64,000 bases of DNA from Nitrospirota bacterium. Lineage in GTDB: Bacteria; Nitrospirota; UBA9217. Positions 32,058-41,308 of the stretch are shown here, in pieces (position 1 is the first letter of the stretch; each line of letters opens with the position of its first letter). Made by a program: the position numbers and the translations under genes. Under the pieces are notes generated by a model. It was given only the letters and a program-made list of their open reading frames with translations, ran no database searches and was not told where the DNA came from. The stretch is taken from assembly GCA_963737155.1 (NCBI GenBank), contig CAVTRN010000001.1, positions 1,056,001-1,120,000 on the forward strand. Direction: 5' to 3'.

Positions 32058-32759
32058 ATGAGAAAAGACGTAAAAGGGTTTTTTCTGAAAGAATATGGTT
32101 CTTGGAGCGTTCTGGTCATCGCCTCTCTCATCGGTGTGGGCGCCAGCCGGGCCTTCTCCTGGTCCGTCATTCCTCTTTTTATCGCCCTCGGTTTCCTTGC
32201 CAATTCCAAGCAGGCTTTTACAAAATTGAGGGGGCAAACCGAGAGAATAACTGCATATGCGGTCTTTTGCGTCCAAATTGCCGTTGCCGCTGTCATCTTG
32301 ATTTCCCTTTTCGGCAGCGGAGTAACAATGCTCCTGCCCCTTCTCGCATTTCCTGCAACTTACCTTATGTTCAACCGGCTAGCGGGTGAGCACGCTGTCC
32401 TGACCGAGGTGATCGGGTTTGCTCTTCTCAGCCTAGCATCAGTGCTCATGAAATACCTCATTACGGGAGGACTGGATGTCAGGTTGTTTTTGGGTGTAGC
32501 TCTCTATTTTTCTGCCGGTGTTTTCAAGGTAAAAGCGTTACTGCTAAAAAAAACCAGGTACAGAATTATGGCCGTGCTGTTTGTTCTGGTCACTCTCTAT
32601 ATCTATCACCGAATGTATATCCCGATGATCATACTTTTGCCCCTCTTGGACAACCTCATTGCTGCAGCGACACTTTACAAGGTCAGGCTCAAAACCACGG
32701 GTTGGATTGAAGTGGGTAAAAGTCTGGCTTTCATGGTGCTTTTCCTTTTTTACTACTAA
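32058..32759 (+). CDS. YwiC-like membrane protein
   Basis: N-terminal KEYGSW (cf. PxxHGAW), multiple TM helices, C-terminal GWIE. Confidence 0.65.
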   Translation: MRKDVKGFFLKEYGSWSVLVIASLIGVGASRAFSWSVIPLFIALGFLANSKQAFTKLRGQTERITAYAVFCVQIAVAAVILISLFGSGVTMLLPLLAFPATYLMFNRLAGEHAVLTEVIGFALLSLASVLMKYLITGGLDVRLFLGVALYFSAGVFKVKALLLKKTRYRIMAVLFVLVTLYIYHRMYIPMIILLPLLDNLIAAATLYKVRLKTTGWIEVGKSLAFMVLFLFYY

Positions 32760-32842
32760 AGACAGGCCCTTTACACAGACACATAATTATGCAATCTGCG
32801 CCTCCCGACCCTGAAGTGGTAAAATAATAAAAAAGGCAGAAG

Positions 32843-34588
32843 ATGAATGTAAAATATCCAGGTGCGTATTTAACGCAAAACGCACTTACCGTTCTCGAGA
32901 GACGATACCTCATAAAAGATGAAGAGGGGCGTGTAGGGGAATCTCCTGAGGAAATGTTCCGAAGAGTTGCTGCAAATATCGCACAGGCCGACCTGCGGTA
33001 CGATGGAGATGCGAAGATTCATGCAACGGAAGACGAATTTAATCGCGTCCTGTCAAATCTTGAATTTCTGCCCAATTCACCGACTCTCATGAACGCAGGC
33101 CGTCCCCTGCAGCAGCTCGCTGCTTGTTTTGTCCTGCCGGTGGAAGATTCTCTTGAATCGATATTTGAAGAAGTCAAGAACACCGCTCTGATTCATCAGA
33201 GCGGAGGCGGCACCGGCTTTTCCTTCAGCAAGTTACGGCCAAAGGACGATGTCGTACGCACCACGGGCGGGTCTGCCAGCGGTCCTGTCTCGTTCATGCG
33301 GGTTTTCAACATGGCCACCGAGGTTGTTAAGCAGGGAGGCACACGGCGGGGAGCGAACATGGGCATTCTGCGCGTAGACCATCCCGATATTCTAGATTTC
33401 ATCGCCGCCAAAGAAAACAATAGGGAACTGGCAAATTTCAATATTTCGGTAGCTGTGACCGAGCAGTTCATGGCCGCAGTGCAATCGGATTGCGTGATGC
33501 ACCTGGTGAATCCACATACCCGTCAACTCGTAAGGACGCTCAAGGCCCGCGACGTTTTCGACCGGATCGTCGAAATGGCATGGAAAACCGGCGATCCCGG
33601 TGTCGTATTTCTCGACCGCGTCAACCGGGAAAATCCTACCCCTCAGCTCGGCGACATGGAGAGCACCAACCCCTGCGGAGAACAACCGCTGCTCCCATAC
33701 GAACCTTGCAATCTGGGGTCTATCAATCTAATGCTCATGCTCGAGGAAAATCGCGACGGCCCTGAAGTAGACTGGAATAAGCTGGAGAGGACCGTGCGGA
33801 CAGCGGTGCATTTCCTGGATAATGTCATCGATGTGAGCCGCTATCCGCTAGTCGAGATAGATAGGATGGCGAAAGGCAATCGAAAAATAGGCCTGGGGGT
33901 CATGGGCTTCGCCGATGCGCTGATACGGCTTGGCATTCCTTACAACTCTGAGGAAGCGATCATGACCGGTGAAAGGATCATGAAATTCGTTCATGACAAA
34001 GGATGGGGCATGTCCGCTGAGCTTGCGCGAGAGCGCGGTGTCTTTCCGAACTATGTGGGAAGTACGTATGACCTCACAGGAGGGTTGAGACTCAGGAACG
34101 CCACGGTTACTACGATTGCACCGACGGGAAGCCTGTCCATTATTGCCGGCTGTTCGAGTGGGATCGAACCGTTGTATGCACTGTCCTTTACCCGACATGT
34201 GCTTGGAGATGTGGAGCTGCCTGAGATGAGCGAATACTTTCTGGAAACAGCAAGGGCGCGAGGGTTTATGAGCGATGTGCTCCTGATGCGTATAATGGCC
34301 GGCGAATCCATTCAGCGAATGCAGGAAGTACCTGACGATATTAAGCGACTGTTCGTGACGGCTTTCGATATCGCCCCGGAATGGCATGTTCGCATGCAGT
34401 CCGCATTCCAGCGCCATACGGATAACGCAGTGTCTAAAACCATAAATTTTCCGGAGCAAGCAACGAAAGACGATGTGCGAAAAGCTTTTTTTCTTGCGTA
34501 CCAGGAAGGCGTAAAGGGGATTACGGTATTCCGAAGCGGAAGTAAAAGTGATCAGGTACTGACCTGCGCCGACCCATTGTACTGCTGA
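32843..34588 (+). CDS. nrdJ: Adenosylcobalamin-dependent (class II) ribonucleotide reductase
   Basis: [42 protein letters not shown]; no adjacent nrdB. Confidence 0.92.
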   Translation: MNVKYPGAYLTQNALTVLERRYLIKDEEGRVGESPEEMFRRVAANIAQADLRYDGDAKIHATEDEFNRVLSNLEFLPNSPTLMNAGRPLQQLAACFVLPVEDSLESIFEEVKNTALIHQSGGGTGFSFSKLRPKDDVVRTTGGSASGPVSFMRVFNMATEVVKQGGTRRGANMGILRVDHPDILDFIAAKENNRELANFNISVAVTEQFMAAVQSDCVMHLVNPHTRQLVRTLKARDVFDRIVEMAWKTGDPGVVFLDRVNRENPTPQLGDMESTNPCGEQPLLPYEPCNLGSINLMLMLEENRDGPEVDWNKLERTVRTAVHFLDNVIDVSRYPLVEIDRMAKGNRKIGLGVMGFADALIRLGIPYNSEEAIMTGERIMKFVHDKGWGMSAELARERGVFPNYVGSTYDLTGGLRLRNATVTTIAPTGSLSIIAGCSSGIEPLYALSFTRHVLGDVELPEMSEYFLETARARGFMSDVLLMRIMAGESIQRMQEVPDDIKRLFVTAFDIAPEWHVRMQSAFQRHTDNAVSKTINFPEQATKDDVRKAFFLAYQEGVKGITVFRSGSKSDQVLTCADPLYC

Positions 34589-34652
34589 TCGGCGCCGCCG
34601 CCCTATCGGCACCGGCAGCGGCGGTAGGTGCCTCTGCTCGTAGAAGGGTTGC

Positions 34653-34680
34653 TTGACGTGGGCGGAAGATGTGCTATGCT
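34653..34680 (+). promoter_or_regulatory. Putative sigma70 promoter of rpiB
   Basis: TTGACG-16 nt-TATGCT with extended -10 TG. Confidence 0.45.
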
Positions 34681-34773
34681 TGCGCTGAGGTGCTAAAAGA
34701 TTTTTTTCGCGTCCTTTTTGGATATGCGTCGGGATATTGACAGAAACGAGGAAAGGCGTCAGGTTTACAGACC

Positions 34774-35232
34774 ATGAATATCATTGTAGGTGCAGACCAT
34801 GGCGGATTCCCGCTGAAATCGGTCATCGTTAAGTATCTTGTACAGCTCGGCCATACGACTCAGGATGTCGGAACTTTTAGCAGCGATCCGGTTGATTATC
34901 CCGATTATGCGCGTATCGTGGCAAATGCAATAATCGATAGAAGGGAAGAGAGAGGGATTATCATTTGTGGAAGCGGAGTCGGTGCCTCTGTGGCTGCGAA
35001 CAAGTTTCCCGGCATACGCGCGGCAGTCTGTCACGACACATTTTCCGCACACCAGGGCGTGGAGGACGACGACATGAATGTATTGTGCCTGGGGGCACGA
35101 GTCGTGGGACCGGAGCTGGCCAAGGATATCGCACGATCCTTTGTGGCTGCAATATTCTCGGGCATGGAACGTCATGTCCGACGACTAGCAAAGGTCAAGG
35201 CGATCGAAAAGGAATTTACCGGCGACATCTAA
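34774..35232 (+). CDS. rpiB: Ribose-5-phosphate isomerase B
   Basis: GADHGG, VDYPD, ICGSGVG, ANKFPGIRA, NVLCLGARV, RHVRR. Confidence 0.96.
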   Translation: MNIIVGADHGGFPLKSVIVKYLVQLGHTTQDVGTFSSDPVDYPDYARIVANAIIDRREERGIIICGSGVGASVAANKFPGIRAAVCHDTFSAHQGVEDDDMNVLCLGARVVGPELAKDIARSFVAAIFSGMERHVRRLAKVKAIEKEFTGDI

Positions 35233-35497
35233 AAATGCCACGTGCGGCGGGGTAGTAGCGGGAGAGAAATTATGAAATCACAGAGGGCGCATAGTAATGC
35301 TGGTTAAATGCCGCGCCTGACTTTTTAATAAGATACGCTGTATTTTACTCGTTAAGAGAACGCTCAGAAACGCTGATAATAAGGGAGGCATAGAGGGGGA
35401 CAAATGAAAGTGACTGATTTGCTCACTGAATTCAAGGTGCTCTCTGTTTTCTCTGCTTAACAGTTTGACAATACGATTTGGCATGAAAGGATAACCA

Positions 35498-36403
35498 ATG
35501 AAAGTGGGATATATCGGTTTGGGGAAAATGGGATTCAATATGGTGGAACGGCTCTTGGAAAAGGGGCATCAGGTAGTCGCCTTTGACAGGAACAGGGACG
35601 TTGTTCATGACATTACTATGAAAGGCGCTCAGCCTTCTGGTTCAATTGCGGAGGTTGTACGGTCGCTTGTCGCGCCACGTCTGATCTGGATCATGGTCCC
35701 TTATGAGGCAGTCGATGCGGTTCTTACGGAACTAACGCCGCTGCTCGGGAAAAAAGACGCGGTTATCGACGGCGGTAATTCACCTTACAAAGAATCGATA
35801 CGTCGGGCATCGGAACTCGAAGAGAGAGGTATCGATTTTCTTGATGCGGGTGTGAGCGGGGGTCCGTCAGGAGCGCGAAACGGCGCATGTGTCATGATCG
35901 GCGGCAGCAAAGAGGTATTCGAGCATTACGAAATCCTTTTTCGTGATATTTCAGTTGCTGGCGGCTACGGGTTCATGGGCCGGTCGGGAGCAGGCCATTT
36001 CGTGAAAATGGTGCACAACGGCATTGAATACGGCATGATGCAGGCTCTGGCTGAAGGTTTCGCGGTCATGAAAGCCTCTGGCTTCGAACTCGATCTCGCG
36101 GGAATCGCCGATCTTTATAACCACCGGAGTGTGATCGAGTCGAGGCTCGTAGGCTGGCTCAAGAATGCCTATGATCAATACGGGAGGGATTTGAGCTCGA
36201 TCTCGGGCTCCGCGGCGCAGAGTGGTGAGGGGACGTGGACCGTTGATGCAGCGAGGGAATTGGGTATCCCCGTGCCGATCATCAAGGGGGCACTCGATTA
36301 CCGGCTACAGTCGCAGAAAGACCCGAGTTACACTGGCAGGATCATTTCTGCCCTGAGACATCAGTTTGGAGGACATGAGGCGAAGGAGCACAAGCAGCAG
36401 TAA
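35498..36403 (+). CDS. gnd: 6-phosphogluconate dehydrogenase, short YqeC type
   Basis: GLGKMG, IDGGNS, DAGVSGG, GHFVKMVHNGIEYG, RHQFGGH. Confidence 0.95.
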   Translation: MKVGYIGLGKMGFNMVERLLEKGHQVVAFDRNRDVVHDITMKGAQPSGSIAEVVRSLVAPRLIWIMVPYEAVDAVLTELTPLLGKKDAVIDGGNSPYKESIRRASELEERGIDFLDAGVSGGPSGARNGACVMIGGSKEVFEHYEILFRDISVAGGYGFMGRSGAGHFVKMVHNGIEYGMMQALAEGFAVMKASGFELDLAGIADLYNHRSVIESRLVGWLKNAYDQYGRDLSSISGSAAQSGEGTWTVDAARELGIPVPIIKGALDYRLQSQKDPSYTGRIISALRHQFGGHEAKEHKQQ

Positions 36404-36573
36404 AGGAACAGGCTGCAGTCCCAGCCGGCTCCGCGTGACTAACGCAGGACTGTTGGACGAAAGGAAAAATAAGAGGCTTTCTCACATGTGAATTGGACAG
36501 GGAGGTGCCGGTGTTGCGAACCTATTAAAGCGTCTCCTGCGCTGGCCTACTATTGAAAAAGGAGGCGATTTCT

Positions 36574-37470
36574 ATGAAACAAGATAATCTCAAAACGAAA
36601 ATATTTCTTGATGGCGGCGACCCCGAGGAGACAAGGGAGATCACAAAACTCCTCGGGTTTCTGGACGGACAGACCACGAATCCGACGTTGGTATCGAAAA
36701 ACCCCGAGGTGCGCAAGAGGCTCGGGCAGGGCGAGAAGTTCGAGGCGGGGGAAATCCTCGATTTGTATCGGAGCGTTGTTACGACTCTTTGCGCTCTCAT
36801 TCCCGATGGATCGATTTCAATCGAGGTCTATGCTGATGCCGTTTCGAAAGCCGAAACGATGCTTCAACAGGGCAAGGAGATGTTCTCCTGGATCAAGAAT
36901 GCCCATATAAAATTTCCGACGACAAGGGAAGGCCTCAAAGCTGCGGAGCAGGCCGTAGGGGCCGGCATGCGCGTCAACATGACGCTTGCCTTCTCGCAGG
37001 AACAGGCGGCGGCGGTTTATGCGGCAACGCGGGGAGCTCGCAAAGGACAGGTTTTCATTTCACCCTTTGTCGGCAGGCTTGACGACCGTGGAGAGAATGG
37101 AATGGACTTGATCACCAATATTCTCAGGATGTACGAGGGCGGTGATGGTCATGTTGAAGTGCTAACCGCGAGCGTGCGCAGCCTTGATCATATTCTGCAG
37201 GCCCTCAGTTTGGGGTCGGATATTATAACCGCGCCCTATGAAGTCCTGAAAAGCTGGGGAGAGAAAGGATTGCCCGTTCCCGGGCCGGACTTCCGGTATG
37301 ACAGCGGAGGGCGCAGTCCTATTGTTTACCGCCATATCGATCTCAGTAAACACTGGCTGGACTACGATATTCATCACGAACTCACGTACAAAGGTATGGA
37401 AAAATTCTCCGCGGACTGGAATGCTTTGATCCGGGAACAGAAAGCGAGGGCCTATGGATCCGCTCGATGA
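36574..37470 (+). CDS. tal: Transaldolase
   Basis: IFLD, TTNPTL, SIEV, IKFP (Schiff-base Lys), NMTLAFS, SPFVGRLDD (Glu/Phe pattern of transaldolase rather than FSA). Confidence 0.88.
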   Translation: MKQDNLKTKIFLDGGDPEETREITKLLGFLDGQTTNPTLVSKNPEVRKRLGQGEKFEAGEILDLYRSVVTTLCALIPDGSISIEVYADAVSKAETMLQQGKEMFSWIKNAHIKFPTTREGLKAAEQAVGAGMRVNMTLAFSQEQAAAVYAATRGARKGQVFISPFVGRLDDRGENGMDLITNILRMYEGGDGHVEVLTASVRSLDHILQALSLGSDIITAPYEVLKSWGEKGLPVPGPDFRYDSGGRSPIVYRHIDLSKHWLDYDIHHELTYKGMEKFSADWNALIREQKARAYGSAR

Positions 37471-39025
37471 TCCCGTGGAAGTAACGGCCAAGACAACGAT
37501 CATTACGGGTCGTGCAGAAAAAGAGGAAGGCAAATGCACAATCGATGTGCCACCCCCATCGGCCGTTATTATTTTTGGCGCCTCGGGGGATTTAACGCGA
37601 CGAAAGCTTCTCCCTTCGCTCTTCCGACTGTATAAGAATAAAATGTTGTCCGACCGTTTTTTCATCCTTGGCACGAGCCGGGTCGAGATGACGACGGACC
37701 AGTTCCGCGCCGCCATGTTGGATGCCATGAAAGCTGCTTTCCCGGCAGGCATTGACGCAAGCGTGTGGGATACCTTCGCTCCCCGCCTCTATTACTTGAC
37801 TTTTGACTATGGGGACCTGAAATCCTATACCGATTCACTGCGGGACCGTCTTCCGGAGCTGGAACGGAAGTATCATACGGAAGGAAACCGTATCTTTTAT
37901 CTTGCCATCCCACCCACAGTTTTCGTGGAGGTGATCAATAATCTCGGGGCCGCGGGATTATCACGGGAAGATAATGGCCGCAGCAACATCGTCATAGAGA
38001 AGCCCTTCGGCCAGGACCTTAACTCCGCCCGGAAACTTAACCAACTGGTGCACACCCATTATCGAGAAAGCCAGATTTTCCGGATTGACCACTATCTTGC
38101 CAAGGAAACTGTGCAGAACGTCCTGATGTTCCGTTTCGCGAATTCGATTTTCGAGCCGCTGTGGAACAGAAGATATATCGACCATGTTCAGATTACGGCG
38201 GCGGAAACCTTGGGTGTCGAACATCGGGCCGGCTATTACGAGGAAGCAGGGGTGTTGCGCGATATGTTCCAGAATCATATGTCCGAGCTTCTGGCGCTCA
38301 CAGCAATGGAACCCCCGGCCGGTTTTGAGTCAAACCTGGTGCAGGATGAGAAGGTCAAGGTGTACCGGGCAATCCGGCAGCTTCCCCTCAACGCGCTGGA
38401 ACAGCATATGGCCCTTGGACAGTATACCGAGGGGACCATCGATAACAACCACGTACCGGGCTATCGTGAGGAACCGGGTGTCGCGGAGCAGTCGGCAACG
38501 CCGACCTTTGCCGCCATGAAATTGTTCATCGACAACTGGCGGTGGCATGACGTGCCGTTCTATCTTCGCTCGGGGAAACGGCTCGCGCGGCGCACGACTG
38601 AAATCTCCATTCACTACAAACAGGTGCCTCACTCCATGTTTCCCGAAACTGTCGGCGGCCCCATTGATCCGAACGTTCTCATACTGCGGGTGCAGCCCGA
38701 TGAAGGCATGAGTCTCTTCATTCAGGCAAAAAAACCGGGCTCAAAGATTTGTCTAAGCCCGATGCTGATGAACTACTCTTATCCGCGGGACGTGCTTCTT
38801 GACGCCTACGAGTGGGTGCTTCTCGATTGCATGCAGGGAGACCATATGCTCTTTACAAGGGAGGACGGCGTGGAACAGACATGGTTAATGCTCACGCCGC
38901 TACTCAACAGGCTGTCTTCAACACTGACGGGAGCGAATATCCCATTTTATGTCGCCGGGTCGGATGGACCCGCCGGCGCGCACTGGTTGATCAAGCAGGA
39001 CGGCCGGTCCTGGAGGTCCCTGTGA
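37454..39025 (+). CDS. zwf: Glucose-6-phosphate 1-dehydrogenase
   Basis: GASGDL, IEKPFG, RIDHYLAKE, RDMFQNH. Confidence 0.96.
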   Translation: MDPLDDPVEVTAKTTIITGRAEKEEGKCTIDVPPPSAVIIFGASGDLTRRKLLPSLFRLYKNKMLSDRFFILGTSRVEMTTDQFRAAMLDAMKAAFPAGIDASVWDTFAPRLYYLTFDYGDLKSYTDSLRDRLPELERKYHTEGNRIFYLAIPPTVFVEVINNLGAAGLSREDNGRSNIVIEKPFGQDLNSARKLNQLVHTHYRESQIFRIDHYLAKETVQNVLMFRFANSIFEPLWNRRYIDHVQITAAETLGVEHRAGYYEEAGVLRDMFQNHMSELLALTAMEPPAGFESNLVQDEKVKVYRAIRQLPLNALEQHMALGQYTEGTIDNNHVPGYREEPGVAEQSATPTFAAMKLFIDNWRWHDVPFYLRSGKRLARRTTEISIHYKQVPHSMFPETVGGPIDPNVLILRVQPDEGMSLFIQAKKPGSKICLSPMLMNYSYPRDVLLDAYEWVLLDCMQGDHMLFTREDGVEQTWLMLTPLLNRLSSTLTGANIPFYVAGSDGPAGAHWLIKQDGRSWRSL

Positions 39026-39780
39026 AGACTGGTGGAGAAACGGAGGTTCGTGTTTTTGCGGACTTGGAGGCGCTGAGCCGGATTGCAGCGGATATCTTCG
39101 TATTGCTATGCAAGGATGCATCAGCTTCGAAAGGTAGGTTTGCCGTTGCACTCTCAGGCGGATCCACACCGCGGCGCTTTCTTTCCCTTCTTGCAGGAAG
39201 TCCCTATCAGGAACAAATCACCTGGTCCACTGTACATATTTTCTGGGCTGATGAACGTTGCGTTGCCCGGGAAAATCACGAGAGCAATTATAAACTCGCT
39301 TATGAGACATTGCTATCCAAAGTCCCTATCCCGGAGGAAAACATCCACCGGATCAAGGGAGAAATGAACCCGGAACAGGCCTCGCGGGATTATGAAGATT
39401 CTCTGCGGATGTTTTTCGGAACACAGCCAATTCCGGTTTTTGACCTCATTGTCCTGGGGGCGGGAGAAGACGGACATACGGCATCCCTTTTCCCAGGTTC
39501 TACGGCTGTGCATGAGCGGACAAGAATTGTCCTTCCAGTATATGTTGAGGCTCCGAAGCTGAACCGGGTTACACTGACACTCCCTATTTTGGACAGTGCC
39601 TCGTACGTTCTTTTTCTGGCGTCGGGGCGCATAAAAGCAGCGGTACTGCACGAGATCCTCGAAGATGGAAACCCGAAGTATTATCCTGCCGGTTTAGTGC
39701 GGCCCGTTCATGGCCGCTTAACGTGGCTGATTGATCGCGATGCCGGAAGCCTGCTGACGAAACAGTATTTTCACCGATGA
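39022..39780 (+). CDS. pgl: 6-phosphogluconolactonase
   Basis: ALSGGSTP, FWADERCV, LGAGEDGHTASLFP; GTG start overlaps the zwf stop. Confidence 0.95.
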   Translation: MKTGGETEVRVFADLEALSRIAADIFVLLCKDASASKGRFAVALSGGSTPRRFLSLLAGSPYQEQITWSTVHIFWADERCVARENHESNYKLAYETLLSKVPIPEENIHRIKGEMNPEQASRDYEDSLRMFFGTQPIPVFDLIVLGAGEDGHTASLFPGSTAVHERTRIVLPVYVEAPKLNRVTLTLPILDSASYVLFLASGRIKAAVLHEILEDGNPKYYPAGLVRPVHGRLTWLIDRDAGSLLTKQYFHR

Positions 39781-39899
39781 CGTGGACGCGCAATTTTGCC
39801 TCGGTATCCACCGAACCGCATCTCGGAGTGACAGCAGACGCAGGTTTTTTATGGTATCTTTTATATAACGATTTGGCTAGGAAAGGAGGTGAAGAGAGG

Positions 39900-40022
39900 G
39901 TGAAAAAGATCATGAGCAAAGAAGCAACAGCCAAGGAGGCAGCCTACTGGAACCTCATGAAACAGCTGGCAAAACAGAACCCCGGTACGGTATGCCACAA
40001 ATGAAAGGGCTGAAAGAGCTAG
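39900..40022 (+). CDS. Putative 40-aa selenocysteine-containing RiPP precursor MKKIMSKEATAKEAAYWNLMKQLAKQNPGTVCHKUKGUKS (selenobiotic/SbtA-like)
   Basis: Strong SD AAAGGAGGTG, GTG start at 39900, in-frame TGA at 40002 and 40011 giving CxxUxxU, TAG at 40020, SECIS-like hairpin directly after, rSAM/SPASM gene downstream. Confidence 0.8.
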
Positions 40023-40040
40023 TGTTGCTGGTCAGCAACA
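40023..40040 (+). promoter_or_regulatory. Bacterial SECIS-like hairpin
   Basis: Perfect stem TGTTGCT/AGCAACA with GGTC loop, close to the E. coli fdhF SECIS upper stem-loop (GGUUGCAGGUCUGCACC). Loop starts 17 nt after the second UGA and 26 nt after the first. Confidence 0.72.
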
Positions 40041-40185
40041 GCAGGGAAACCGGCGGACAGGACTGGTTCGCTACGATGTTGTAGTATGTTCCTGACCGGC
40101 TATGTCCGTCTGTTTCCGTTTTTCCCGATTCAATGCATTGATCATCCCTAATGGCGAAGTCATTCTCAACAATCATCGGGCCGCG

Positions 40186-41229
40186 ATGTCAACCAACAAA
40201 CCCTTCGATTTTTTTATTCAGTGGCATCTGACCGAGAACTGCAACCTCTCATGCCGCCATTGCTATCAGGGAGAGCAGGTCACCGATGAAATGCCGCTGG
40301 CCGATATTAAAAGAGCCATAGCTGAAGCTGCGGACATGGTCACTGCCTGGTCGGAAGACTACGGCGTCACTTTTTCCCGGAGCATAAACATCACCGGCGG
40401 GGAGCCCCTTTTAAGGCGGGACCTCTTTACCATACTCGACGACGTCCGGAGACAAGGCTTTGGCTGCTACTTGCTCACGAATGGGACGCTCGTCACGAAT
40501 GACGTTGCCAAAGCGCTCGTCGAGCTGAAGATCAAGGGTGTCCAGGTCAGCATAGAAGGACCTGAAGAAATCCATGATTCCATTCGGGGCAAGGGAAGCT
40601 TCACCGCAGCAGTATCGGGGGTCGAGCATCTCGTTGATGCTGGGATCTCGGTTACGATAAACGTTACGCTGTCCAGTCTGAACGCATCTTTCCTGAAACA
40701 TATCATCGCCCTCGCTTCCCATATTGGCGCAAGACGGATTGGTTTTTCGCGCCTCGTTCCCGCAGGCAAGGGACAATTCCTGCTCTCCCGCATGCTGGGG
40801 CCGTACGAAGTAAAGGAATTATACGAGTCAGTGCTGCCGCTCGAGATCAGGGCTTTGGAGGTTGTGACCGGCGACCCCCTTGCAGCGCAGATCAAGCATC
40901 TGTCGAACGGCGATGATGGAAATACGGCAATAAGTGGCTGTTCCGCGGGCGTATCGGGGCTGACAATACTTCCCAACGGCAATGTGATGCCCTGCAGAAG
41001 GCTGCCACTGTCCCTTGGAAATGTCCGAAGAGATTCACTTCGCGAGATCTGGGCCACGTCGCCCGTACTGGAGGCTCTCAGGGATCGGCGCAGATACAAA
41101 GGTAAATGCGGAACTTGCCACCGCTGGGCACGTTGCCGCGGATGCCGGGCTATCGCTTATGCTTACTCGCGCTCCCAGGGCAACGACGATTTTCTCGCCG
41201 ACGATCCGCAATGCTTTATTCCAGCGTGA
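40186..41229 (+). CDS. Radical SAM/SPASM-domain protein, probable peptide maturase
   Basis: QWHLTENCNLSCRHC, TGGEP, LTNG; SPASM Cys pattern CSAG...GNVMPC...GNV...CGTC....CRGCR...DPQC. Start uncertain (40186 preferred over 40102). Confidence 0.9.
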   Translation: MSTNKPFDFFIQWHLTENCNLSCRHCYQGEQVTDEMPLADIKRAIAEAADMVTAWSEDYGVTFSRSINITGGEPLLRRDLFTILDDVRRQGFGCYLLTNGTLVTNDVAKALVELKIKGVQVSIEGPEEIHDSIRGKGSFTAAVSGVEHLVDAGISVTINVTLSSLNASFLKHIIALASHIGARRIGFSRLVPAGKGQFLLSRMLGPYEVKELYESVLPLEIRALEVVTGDPLAAQIKHLSNGDDGNTAISGCSAGVSGLTILPNGNVMPCRRLPLSLGNVRRDSLREIWATSPVLEALRDRRRYKGKCGTCHRWARCRGCRAIAYAYSRSQGNDDFLADDPQCFIPA

Positions 41230-41308
41230 GGTAGAACAGCATAGTGTAGAAAGAGAACGTCTGATTCAAGAGTCGTGTACTTTGTGCACCGTGCACTGAG
41301 GTTTTTCC

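Noticed and set aside
31665-32842. Cobalamin riboswitch or NrdR box upstream of nrdJ
   Set aside because: No B12-box or convincing NrdR palindrome recognisable by eye; an Rfam scan would be needed.
34583-34632. Sec read-through at the nrdJ TGC-TGA end
   Set aside because: The following GC-rich hairpin has no SECIS-like small G/GU loop, and a Cys pair is already present before the stop.
39777-40004. 75-aa ORF as given in the track
   Set aside because: The strong SD lies inside it, before GTG 39900. The real gene more likely starts at 39900 and reads through the TGAs to TAG 40022.
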